DNA from: Pseudomonadota bacterium
Lineage (GTDB): Bacteria; Pseudomonadota; Gammaproteobacteria; Burkholderiales; JAJZUU01
Direction of reading: 5' to 3'
Length of the DNA: 64,000 bases
NCBI GenBank assembly: GCA_021848325.1
Contig: JAJZUU010000009.1
Location: 1,580-65,579 of the forward strand
Shown piece by piece: positions 40,840-49,292 of the stretch. The translations under genes were made by a program, and so were the position numbers. Position 1 is the stretch's first letter. Every line of letters starts with the position of its first letter. Under the pieces are notes generated by a model. The model did no database searches. It was not told the DNA's origin and saw nothing but the letters and a program-made list of their open reading frames with translations.

Positions 40840-43449
40840 ATGCCAACCGTACCCCGTTTCGACGGCCCGCAAGTAACGCCCAACACCTTGCCCCAGGTGC
40901 GAGTCGATACGCCTGAGTTCCACAACTACGCCGCCGACCAGGCGCAGCAATTAGGGCGGGCCATGAGCAACTTCGGCGGCCACATGACCGAGATTGCCAC
41001 CGACGCGCAAAACGAAGCCAACAAGACTGTGGCCAAGGACATCGACACGCAAGCCACGGCGGCTATCGGTGACGTGCTGTACAACCCGCAGAGCGGTTAC
41101 ATGGTCAAGGAAGGCAAGGACGTGGTCGCCGGCTATGGCGATGCAACCGAAGCCCTCAAGCAAGTGCGCCAGAAGGCCCTCGATGGGGTGCAGAACACGG
41201 CAGTGCGCCAAATGGTCGAGCCGGTCATCAATGCCCGGATGCAGAATGCCCTCGAAACGATCAACCGGCATTCAGGCACCGAAACTCGCCGCTATCAGGT
41301 GCAGACCTCGGATTCGCGGGCCATCGTCACGTTGCAGGACGCTGCCTTCAACTACGACGATGACAAGCGCTTCAACGAAGCCCTGGCCGTCACGCGGGAT
41401 GAAACCAACAACCTAGCCAAGCTGCAAGGCTGGGACGAAGCCACGGCACGCTTGCAGGCGCAGAAATACGCCGACACCGGCAACCGCATGCGCTACGAAG
41501 CCTGGGCAATCAAAGACCCGGTGGCCGCCTTCGCCCACTTCCAGCAAAACGCCGAGGGAATAAGCCCGCTGGTGCGCGACAACATCGGCCGCCAGCTTTT
41601 CCAGCATGCTGCCCCGGTGCTCGCCACCATTGTGAATCAGACAGGCGGGCCAGGCGTGGTGCCCTCTGCACCGGGCGACATGACAGCGCCGCGCGGCATC
41701 CGCAACAACAACCCTGGCAACGTCATGCGCGGCAGCGACACGTGGCAGGGTGAGGTGCAAGGCAACGACCCGCGCTATGCCAGCTTTGCGACGCCCGAGG
41801 CCGGCATACGGGCCATGGGCAAGACCCTCATCAACTACCAGGATAAGCACGGCATCAACACCGTGGAAGGCGTCGTGTCGCGCTGGGCGCCAGCCACCGA
41901 GAACAACACGGCCGCCTACGTCGCCACCGTGGCGAAGGAAATGGGCGTCAAGCCCGATGCAAACCTCGATTTGCACGACCCCGCAACGCTCAACAAGCTG
42001 ACCCGCGCTATGATTCGCGTCGAGAACGGCAAGCAGCCGTACACGGACGATCAGATCGCGCTGGGTCTGGCTGCCGCCACCGGCAACACCCCACTGCCAA
42101 CGGCGGCCAGTGCCAAGCGCGACCCCAATGCCTCTACCGGCATCGGCCTGGTTGACGGCCTGCCCGCCGACTGGAAGCTGCATGTGTTGCAGCTTGCGCG
42201 CAGCCAGGCGCATCAAGACATGGCCGAGGCCCGCGAATCGCTGCGCGGCCGGGTGCAGGATGCCAGCGCCGAGTATATGGCGAATGGCTTTGCATCCAAC
42301 CCGCCGAACGAGGCCGAATTTATCCGCGCTTATGGACAGGCCGAGGGCGCCGGCCGGTACCGTGATTTCCAAAGCGTCGCCACGCTGGGTCAAACCCTGC
42401 AACAGGTACGCACGTTGCCGAACGCCGCGCTCAACGACTTGTTGAAATCCTCGAAGCCCACACCGGGCGACGGCTTCGCAGTGCGGCAGCACAACTTCGA
42501 GATTCTTTCGGGGGCTATCGACACCGTGGTGAAGGCTCGCACCCAAGACCCGGTGGCCTACGCACTGACCGGCAAGAGCTACGGCCTTCGCCCGATTCAG
42601 CGCTTCGATGATCCACAGGGCACGGCCCAGGAGCTTGCCCGTCGAGCGGCCGCAGCGCCGCAAATGTCGGCCGACTACAACACGCCGCCGCGCCTCTTGT
42701 CCAACGCCGAGGCCAGCGCACTATCGGCCACGCTCAAGGCCAGTCCGGTGGAAGGGCAAAAGCAACTGCTGGGCACCATTGCAAAAAGCATCAACGACAT
42801 GGGCCTGCTCAAGGCGACCATGCAGTCCATTGCGCCAGATTCGCCCACGGTAGCCGTGGCCGGCATCTATCAGGCGCGCGGCCTGCGCACGACGGAAAAC
42901 CGCGACGTGGCCGACCTCATCCTGCGCGGGCAGGCCATCCTTACCCCGAACAAAAAGGAGGACGGCAGCGGCCACATGGGCGGCGCGTCGCTCATCAAGA
43001 TGCCCGAGGAAAAGCTGCTGCTATCCGACTGGACAAGCGCGACCGGCGACGCTTTCAAAGGCCGCGAGCAGGCCGCCGACCTGTTCATGCAAACCGCCAA
43101 GGCCATCTATGCGGCCCGCAGCGCCGAGGAAGGCGACTACTCGGGCGTGATCGACTCGAAGCGCTGGAAGGCCGCCATCAACCTGGCAACGGGCGGCATC
43201 GAGAGCCACAACGGCAGCAAGATCGTGATGCCCTACGGCGTGCCCTATGACAAGTTCCAGAATGCGCTGCAGGGCCAGGTCGACCGCATCGTGAAGGACG
43301 GCGGCGCACTAAACACCTCGACGCGCGAAATGATGCGTCTGCCACTGGAAAACGTCGGCGACGGCCGCTATCTGTTCCGGCGAGGCACCGGCTATCTGGT
43401 GGGCAAGGATGGCCGCCCGGTGGTGGTCGATTTGAACGGGGGCCGCTGA
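40840..43449 (+). CDS. large virion-associated (internal/ejection-type) protein candidate with GIRNNNPGN motif domain
   Basis: 869 aa with RBS GAGGAG. N-terminus MPTVPRFDGPQV... and central PRGIRNNNPGNVMRGSDTWQGE...YASFATPEAGIRAM, both recalled from phage structural proteins. Confidence 0.55.
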   Translation: MPTVPRFDGPQVTPNTLPQVRVDTPEFHNYAADQAQQLGRAMSNFGGHMTEIATDAQNEANKTVAKDIDTQATAAIGDVLYNPQSGYMVKEGKDVVAGYGDATEALKQVRQKALDGVQNTAVRQMVEPVINARMQNALETINRHSGTETRRYQVQTSDSRAIVTLQDAAFNYDDDKRFNEALAVTRDETNNLAKLQGWDEATARLQAQKYADTGNRMRYEAWAIKDPVAAFAHFQQNAEGISPLVRDNIGRQLFQHAAPVLATIVNQTGGPGVVPSAPGDMTAPRGIRNNNPGNVMRGSDTWQGEVQGNDPRYASFATPEAGIRAMGKTLINYQDKHGINTVEGVVSRWAPATENNTAAYVATVAKEMGVKPDANLDLHDPATLNKLTRAMIRVENGKQPYTDDQIALGLAAATGNTPLPTAASAKRDPNASTGIGLVDGLPADWKLHVLQLARSQAHQDMAEARESLRGRVQDASAEYMANGFASNPPNEAEFIRAYGQAEGAGRYRDFQSVATLGQTLQQVRTLPNAALNDLLKSSKPTPGDGFAVRQHNFEILSGAIDTVVKARTQDPVAYALTGKSYGLRPIQRFDDPQGTAQELARRAAAAPQMSADYNTPPRLLSNAEASALSATLKASPVEGQKQLLGTIAKSINDMGLLKATMQSIAPDSPTVAVAGIYQARGLRTTENRDVADLILRGQAILTPNKKEDGSGHMGGASLIKMPEEKLLLSDWTSATGDAFKGREQAADLFMQTAKAIYAARSAEEGDYSGVIDSKRWKAAINLATGGIESHNGSKIVMPYGVPYDKFQNALQGQVDRIVKDGGALNTSTREMMRLPLENVGDGRYLFRRGTGYLVGKDGRPVVVDLNGGR

Positions 43450-44729
43450 TGAGCTTCGACCTTTTCCCGAATGAGCAAGGGGCCGCGCTGCTGAATGCGG
43501 CGCGCCATCCTTCCACCACGCCCGAGCCCGGCGCCTTCGACAACTTCTTCAGCGGCGCCGGGCAATACACCATGCGCAGCCTGGCCGAAGCAGGCCGGGC
43601 CGTGTCCCTGGCCGGTGCTGTTGTGCCCATGGCAATCGACAAGATGACTGAGGGCGACAATTTCAGCGGCAAGAGCCTGACCGACCGCTACTTTGAAACC
43701 CACGACGAGGTGTTCAACAACGCCGTCGACTACTGGACGCCGAAGCCCGGCGAGGTGGGCGCAGCCGGCCAGATTACTGGGCAGCTTGCCGGGGGCATCT
43801 TGCAGGCTGTTGTGCATCCGGCCTTGTTGGTCGGCACCGCCGCGCTGTCGCCGGCCGAGGACTTGGTGCGCGAGGGCGTGGATGCGAGCACGGCCACCAA
43901 GGTGGGCGTCATCCAGGGCGCGGGCGCCGCCATCGGCTTGAAAATGCCGTTTCTCGGGCAGACGCTCGCCACGCGCGTGCTGTCTGGCGCGGGCGGCAAC
44001 CTGTTACAGGGCACGGCAGGCGCGGCCGCATCGTCGGGCGTGCTCAAGGCCGAGGGCTACGACCAGCAGGCCGAGCGATTCAACCCGTGGGATATGCGCG
44101 CCCGCATACTCGACACGATGCTTGGGGCCGCTTTCGGCGGCCTGGCGCACATCGGTGCGAAAGGCGAAGCCAAGGCGCCCAAGCTGACCCCGACCGACGA
44201 GGCCGCGCTGTTGGTGGCGAATCAGGCGCGGCATATCGAGGACGTGACCCCGCAGGGCCGGCCGGCGACCGATGCCGACGCAACGATGCACGCCGATGCG
44301 ATGCGCCAGGCCGTCGAGCAGGTGCTGCGCGGCGAGCCGGTCACTATCGACGGCCTGGTCAAGGACATGCACATGGTGCCCGACGAGGCACTGACACGGC
44401 AGCGCACCGAAGTGACCGACGAGGCCCAGCGCATCGCGGCCCTGGAAGCACCCATCGAGGCCCCCATCCTGCCCAAGATCGAGCCCGGCGCGCCCGTGGC
44501 TGATGCCATCCCGGCCGAGCACAACCCGGCGAGCCTCAAGGCACGGCAGGCTGTTGTGGATCGCCCCGACCTGACCATTCCGACCAACCGCACCGACGCG
44601 GACGGCAACCCCATCACCCTGCGCGCCGCCGACGCGCTGGCCCTGGCTGATGCCGATGTGGCGCACGCCCAGGCTACCGCCGCCAGCGTGTTCAAAACGG
44701 CAGCCCATTGCCTTCTAGGAGCCCTGTAA
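43449..44729 (+). CDS. hypothetical Gly/Ala-rich protein with hydrophobic segments (ejection-protein-like)
   Basis: 426 aa. Start overlaps the previous stop. Contains GAAGQITGQLAGGILQAVVHPALLVGTAAL and GVIQGAGAAIGLKMPFLG stretches. Confidence 0.5.
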   Translation: MSFDLFPNEQGAALLNAARHPSTTPEPGAFDNFFSGAGQYTMRSLAEAGRAVSLAGAVVPMAIDKMTEGDNFSGKSLTDRYFETHDEVFNNAVDYWTPKPGEVGAAGQITGQLAGGILQAVVHPALLVGTAALSPAEDLVREGVDASTATKVGVIQGAGAAIGLKMPFLGQTLATRVLSGAGGNLLQGTAGAAASSGVLKAEGYDQQAERFNPWDMRARILDTMLGAAFGGLAHIGAKGEAKAPKLTPTDEAALLVANQARHIEDVTPQGRPATDADATMHADAMRQAVEQVLRGEPVTIDGLVKDMHMVPDEALTRQRTEVTDEAQRIAALEAPIEAPILPKIEPGAPVADAIPAEHNPASLKARQAVVDRPDLTIPTNRTDADGNPITLRAADALALADADVAHAQATAASVFKTAAHCLLGAL

Positions 44730-47258
44730 ATGGCCGACCCTTTTCGCTGTATTGCCGCGCTCAACAAGGCCGCAGGCAAGGAACTGAACCCGGACGAAGC
44801 CCTTGAGGTTTTCGACCGCATCCAGCGCACGGCGCGCGACTTGGCAGCCGGCCGCATCCAACCCGAGGGCGGGGCGAATCTTTCCAGCCCGGAAGGAATC
44901 ATGCAGCACGCTGCCGAACTTGCGGCCAAGGAGTTGATCCACGACAAAATCCGGCAGCAGCACAACACGCACCTGCGCATTGCCATCCTGGGGGAGCGCA
45001 AGGCCGAGGTCGAAGCAATGAAGGGTGGGGGCATCGGCGACGTGGATGCAGTGCGTCGCCTCATCGCAAACGACCCGGACGGCCGCGCGGATCGCTTCTC
45101 GCTCGAAGCCCGCGTGCACGGCGTTTCCAACCTGCTGAAATCGCGCATTCAGGACACGTGGGCGGCCCTGGGCAACGACTTCCTGGGCTTCATCCAGCAG
45201 CACGACAAAATCCGCGACCTCATCACCGAAATGAAGGGCCAGGACAGCGGCAATGCGCTGGCGAAGAAGGGCGCGGAAGCCTGGGCAAAGGCCGCCGAGG
45301 AATCACGCGCATGGTTCAACGAGAAGGGCGGCGAAATCGGCCACCTCGACGACTGGGGCTTCCCCCAGCACCACAGCCAGGAGCACGTCGCCAAGGCCGG
45401 CGTGGATGCCTGGGTGGCCGATGTATATCCAGCGCTCAAGCTGGACAAGTACGTCGACCTTGCAGGCAATCGCATGACCGAAACCCAAATCAAGGAACTG
45501 CTCAAAAATGCCTGGTGGTCAATTGCCACCAACGGCGCCAACAAGATCGAGCCCGGCAAGGCGCGCGGCCACGGCGCCCGCGCGAACCGCCACGCCGAAG
45601 AGCGCCAGATCCATTTCAAGGATGCCGACGCGGTGCTCGCCTATTGGGCCAAGTACGGGGAAAAGACCTTTCCCGACATTCTGGTCGGCCACCTTGAACA
45701 AATGGCAAAGGACATCGGCTTCATCGAGCATTTCGGACCGAACCCGGACGGCGCCTATCGGGTGCTGCGCGACGAAGCCGAGCAGGCCGCGAAAATGTCA
45801 GACCCGGCATCGCTCGACAAGATCGACAAGGAACTGGCGCGCCTCGACAACCTCTACGACTACGCGGCCGGGCGCGCCAAACCCGTGGCGAACCGTGCAG
45901 TGGCGGGCGTGTTCGACGCGCTGCGCAACCTCAATTCAGCCGGCAAGCTGGGCAGCGCATTTTGGGCCTCGTTCTACGGCGACAAGGTCATGCTCGAAGC
46001 CATGGGCCGCGTCAATAAGCTGCCCATGTGGCAAAGCTGGTACAACGAGGTGCGCTTGCTCAACCCGTTCAACGGTGCCGAGCGCCGCCAGTTGCAGCGG
46101 CAAACCCTCATGCTCGATTACATGAAGTCGGCCATGTACCGCTTCGGCGACGACCTGGGCCGCTCATCCTGGACGGGCAAAATGTCGAACGCCGTCATGA
46201 AGCTGTCGGGCATGTCGGCAATCAACGAGTGGCGGCGCGGTGCCTTCGGCCTCACGATGATGGATAGCATCGGCCACGAGGTGAGCACAAAGACCTGGGC
46301 CGAAGTCGGCCAGCAGGACATCCACCTGCTCAAATCGTTCGGCCTCACCGAGGCGGATTGGAATATCTGGAAGCTGGCCCAGCTTGAGGACTACGGCCAC
46401 GGCAACAACACCATGCTGACCCCGGAGGCCATCGCCAAGATTCCCGACGAGGCCCTGGCGCAGATTGGCATAGAGAACCCGGCGCAGGCCCGGCGCGAGG
46501 CCGTGGTCAAGTACCTGGGCGCGCTGCATTCCGAATCGCTCAACGCCGTGATCGAGCCCGGATGGAAAGAGCGCGCCAGGATGGTGGGCGGCTTGCAGCG
46601 CGGCAATCTGCGCGACGAAATCACGCGCAGCTTCTGGCAGTTCAAGGCGTTCCCGATTACACAATTCGAGCGCCTTCGGGACATCGGCCTCTCGCGGCCG
46701 AACGCGGGCGGCAAGGCCCAGTTCATCGGCGCGGTGCTGCTCATGCAAACCATGGCCGGCGCCATGATGCTGCAAACGCAATCGCTGCTATCAGGGGAAG
46801 ATCCCCGCCCAATGGATGATTGGAAATTTTGGCTTGCCGCTTTCATCAAGGGCGGCAGCCTGGGTATCTACGGCGACTTCCTCTACTCGCAGAGTGGCAC
46901 GACGCGCTACGGCAGCGGCCCGCTGGAAGTGCTGGCCGGCCCGACCATCGGGTCGGCGGCCGATGCGGTCACGGCACTGGTGCAGGCGGGTAACGCCGTT
47001 GCAGCCGGCAAGGATACGCACCTGGGCGCCAAGCTGCTGAACATCGCCAAGGGCTACATCCCCGGTCAGAACCTTTGGTACACCAGGGCGGCCACCGACC
47101 ACATCATCTTCCAGAATGCGCAGGAAGCGCTCTCGCCGGGCTACCTGGCGAACATGCGGGCCAATTCGGTGCGGCAGTTCAAACAGGACTGGTGGTGGGC
47201 GCCGGGTGAATTTACGCCGGATCGCGCGCCCGACATGGCGAACGCGCTAGGGAGGTGA
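44730..47258 (+). CDS. large hypothetical virion-associated protein candidate
   Basis: 842 aa. Start immediately follows the previous stop. C-terminal hydrophobic segments (FIGAVLLMQTMAGAMMLQ, FWLAAFIKGGSLGIYGDFLY). No family recognised. Confidence 0.5.
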   Translation: MADPFRCIAALNKAAGKELNPDEALEVFDRIQRTARDLAAGRIQPEGGANLSSPEGIMQHAAELAAKELIHDKIRQQHNTHLRIAILGERKAEVEAMKGGGIGDVDAVRRLIANDPDGRADRFSLEARVHGVSNLLKSRIQDTWAALGNDFLGFIQQHDKIRDLITEMKGQDSGNALAKKGAEAWAKAAEESRAWFNEKGGEIGHLDDWGFPQHHSQEHVAKAGVDAWVADVYPALKLDKYVDLAGNRMTETQIKELLKNAWWSIATNGANKIEPGKARGHGARANRHAEERQIHFKDADAVLAYWAKYGEKTFPDILVGHLEQMAKDIGFIEHFGPNPDGAYRVLRDEAEQAAKMSDPASLDKIDKELARLDNLYDYAAGRAKPVANRAVAGVFDALRNLNSAGKLGSAFWASFYGDKVMLEAMGRVNKLPMWQSWYNEVRLLNPFNGAERRQLQRQTLMLDYMKSAMYRFGDDLGRSSWTGKMSNAVMKLSGMSAINEWRRGAFGLTMMDSIGHEVSTKTWAEVGQQDIHLLKSFGLTEADWNIWKLAQLEDYGHGNNTMLTPEAIAKIPDEALAQIGIENPAQARREAVVKYLGALHSESLNAVIEPGWKERARMVGGLQRGNLRDEITRSFWQFKAFPITQFERLRDIGLSRPNAGGKAQFIGAVLLMQTMAGAMMLQTQSLLSGEDPRPMDDWKFWLAAFIKGGSLGIYGDFLYSQSGTTRYGSGPLEVLAGPTIGSAADAVTALVQAGNAVAAGKDTHLGAKLLNIAKGYIPGQNLWYTRAATDHIIFQNAQEALSPGYLANMRANSVRQFKQDWWWAPGEFTPDRAPDMANALGR

Positions 47259-47347
47259 GCGGCGCGGCTACGAGGTCAGACACTAGCCGCTTCTCAGGCC
47301 GGGGTGACACTGCTCGCCCGGCCGCCGCTTTGAAATTGTAGCCTTGT

Positions 47348-47645
47348 TGGTGCCTGGGACGGGAATCGAACCCGTATAGCTTTCGCCGAGGGATTTTCGT
47401 CACACTACGGCTTTCGCCGCCAGCCTTCGCCGTTCGTGCGCTGGACTATGCCTTCACCATGGCGCTGCGCGCTGTAGGTGCCCCCCGTCTAGTCTCTACA
47501 CCTTCCCCTTGCGAGGCTTGGCTCGGCGTTGCCTCGGCCCGAAGGTCAGGGGTTTCACCGAATTTGAGGGGATTCACGCGGGCGCTTTCGCTCCCCGGTG
47601 CTCAATGTTTAAGTCCCTTGTGTCTACCAATTTCACCACCCAGGC
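47348..47645 (-). tRNA. tRNA-Leu (anticodon UAA) gene interrupted by a group I intron
   Basis: Exons 47645-47611 and 47397-47348 join to an 85-nt class II cloverleaf with all four stems Watson-Crick paired and loop CTTAAAA. Confidence 0.88.
47398..47610 (-). ncRNA. group I intron (bacterial tRNA-intron type, IC3-like), 213 nt, no ORF
   Basis: P1 CTTAA/TTGAG places a U.G wobble at the 5' splice site, and the intron ends in G. Core strings TCAAATTCGGTGAAACC, GGCAACGCCGAGCCAAGC and GAAGGTGTAGAGACTAGACGG are present. Confidence 0.85.
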
Positions 47646-47657
47646 GGCGAAACGCGT

Positions 47658-47686
47658 ATTTTACCGGAGAGTGCGCAGCGCGTAAA
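47658..47686 (-). promoter_or_regulatory. sigma-70-like promoter for the element-borne tRNA-Leu
   Basis: On the minus strand: TTTACG, 17-nt spacer, TAAAAT. The -10 ends about 12 nt upstream of the tRNA 5' end. Confidence 0.55.
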
Positions 47687-47811
47687 ATGCGCGTAACACA
47701 CAGCACAATTCACCACAAAACAACACGCCAGGATGACACCCCAACACAACAAAAGCCCCCGTTTTCATTGCGTTACGTTGCGTTGCATTGAGTGGGTTTG
47801 CGTTGGGCCTT

Positions 47812-47820
47812 GACTTAAAA
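47812..47820. repeat. attR core (GACTTAAAA)
   Basis: Identical to 32047-32055. Confidence 0.8.
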
Positions 47821-47868
47821 TCCGTTGACCGAAAGGTCGTACCGGTTCGATTCCGGTTCCGGGCACCA
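47812..47868 (+). pseudogene. leuZ: tRNA-Leu(UAA) 3' part (anticodon loop, 3' stem, variable arm, T arm, acceptor, CCA)
   Basis: GACTTAAAATCCGTTGACCGAAAGGTCGTACCGGTTCGATTCCGGTTCCGGGCACCA. Complements the 5' half at 32017-32055. Confidence 0.9.
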
Positions 47869-48013
47869 TCCTTGGCCCACCTAGCAGTCGACTCCCTCTC
47901 CCGCTACTCCCTCCCGTAGACCGCGCAGCCGCTTTGTCTTGGGCAAGTCCGACACTGCGTTGCGATCGCGGAAAAGGTTTTTCAACTAAGGCCTTGGGCC
48001 CAGGCGGGCGCTT

Positions 48014-49228
48014 CTACGCCGTCAGCGCCTTGTGGATACGCTCCAGCGCCAGCTTCAGGTTTTCCATGGAGGTGGCGAAGGAAAGGCGGATGTAGCCTTC
48101 GCTGCCAAAGGCCGAGCCGGGCACCACGGCGACTCCGGCCTGTTCCAGCAGGTATTCGCTCAATGTCACGTCGCTGCTGTCGCTAACGACGCCGCGCGCG
48201 CGCAGTTTTTCGATCGCCTGGCCCACTTCAGGAAATGCATAGAAGGCGCCGCCGCTGGGAAGGCAGCGCACGCCGGGGATTTCGTTCAACCTGTCCACCA
48301 CGAAGCGGTGTCTCTCGCGGAATGCCGCGAGCATCGGTTCTATGCACCCCTGGTCCCCGTTCAGGGCCGCCTCGGCGGCCACCTGGGAAATGGAGGTGGC
48401 ATTGGAAGTGCTTTGCGACTGCACATTCTCCATGGCGGTGATGAGGGGTTCCGGGCCGGCGGCGTAGCCGATGCGCCAGCCGGTCATGGAGTAGGCCTTG
48501 GATACCCCGTTCAGCACCACGGTGCGGGGGTACAGGTCGGGACAGGCGTTGAGGATGTTGGAGAAAGGCTGTTCGGAGAGCAGGATGTGCTCGTACATGT
48601 CGTCGCTGGCAATGAGCACGCCCGGGTGGGCGCGCAGCACTTCCCCGAGGCCCGTCAGCTCTTCCGGGGTATACACCGCGCCGGTCGGGTTGCTGGGGCT
48701 GTTCAGCACCACCAGCCTGGTTTTCGGCGTGATGGCGTCGCGCAGTTGCTGCGGGGTGATCTTGAAGCCTTGCGCGATCCCGGCCTCGACGAACACCGGC
48801 TCGCCGCCGGCCAGGATCACGATGTCCGGGTAGGACACCCAGTACGGGGCCGGGATGACGACCTGGTCGCCCGGGTCGATCAATGCCTGGACCAGGTTGA
48901 AAAAGCTTTGCTTGCCCCCACATGAAACCAGGATTTGGCCGGGTTGATAGTCCAGGCCGTTGTCGCGCTTGAACTTGCGGATAATAGCCTGCTTGAGGCT
49001 CGCGGTGCCGGCCACGGGGGTGTACTTGGTGAAGCCGCTATTGATGGCGCCGATGGCGGCATCCTTGATGTGCCTGGGGGTATCGAAATCGGGTTCGCCT
49101 GCGCCGAGGCCGATGATGTCTTTGCCCTGGGCCTTGAGGCGCGCCGCATGCGCGGTCACGGCGAGGGTGGGGGAGGGCTTGATCGCCTGAACGCGCTGTG
49201 AGAGTACCACGGTCCTGTCCTTATTCAT
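48014..49228 (-). CDS. class I/II pyridoxal-phosphate aminotransferase (aspartate aminotransferase-like)
   Basis: 404 aa from ATG 49228 (MNKDRTVVLSQRVQAIKPSPT), with SKAYSMTGWRIGY PLP-lysine motif. Confidence 0.9.
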   Translation of the reverse strand: MNKDRTVVLSQRVQAIKPSPTLAVTAHAARLKAQGKDIIGLGAGEPDFDTPRHIKDAAIGAINSGFTKYTPVAGTASLKQAIIRKFKRDNGLDYQPGQILVSCGGKQSFFNLVQALIDPGDQVVIPAPYWVSYPDIVILAGGEPVFVEAGIAQGFKITPQQLRDAITPKTRLVVLNSPSNPTGAVYTPEELTGLGEVLRAHPGVLIASDDMYEHILLSEQPFSNILNACPDLYPRTVVLNGVSKAYSMTGWRIGYAAGPEPLITAMENVQSQSTSNATSISQVAAEAALNGDQGCIEPMLAAFRERHRFVVDRLNEIPGVRCLPSGGAFYAFPEVGQAIEKLRARGVVSDSSDVTLSEYLLEQAGVAVVPGSAFGSEGYIRLSFATSMENLKLALERIHKALTA

Positions 49229-49292
49229 TCGGGGCGGGCTGTGTTGCCTGCATGGTATAATTTGAAGCTGCGAAAAACCCGTAATTCTACTC

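Larger units (their letters stand above)
32047..47820. mobile_element. ~15.8-kb integrative element (satellite/prophage-like island) inserted in the tRNA-Leu(UAA) anticodon loop
   Basis: 9-bp direct repeat GACTTAAAA at 32047-32055 and 47812-47820. Split tRNA halves flank it, an integrase sits next to the left end, and replication and virion-like genes lie inside. Confidence 0.9.

Noticed and set aside
32047-47820. Complete temperate prophage
   Set aside because: At 15.8 kb it has no recognisable terminase, portal, HK97-type capsid, tail, holin or endolysin genes. It is called an integrative satellite-like element instead. Sensitive profile searches could revise this.
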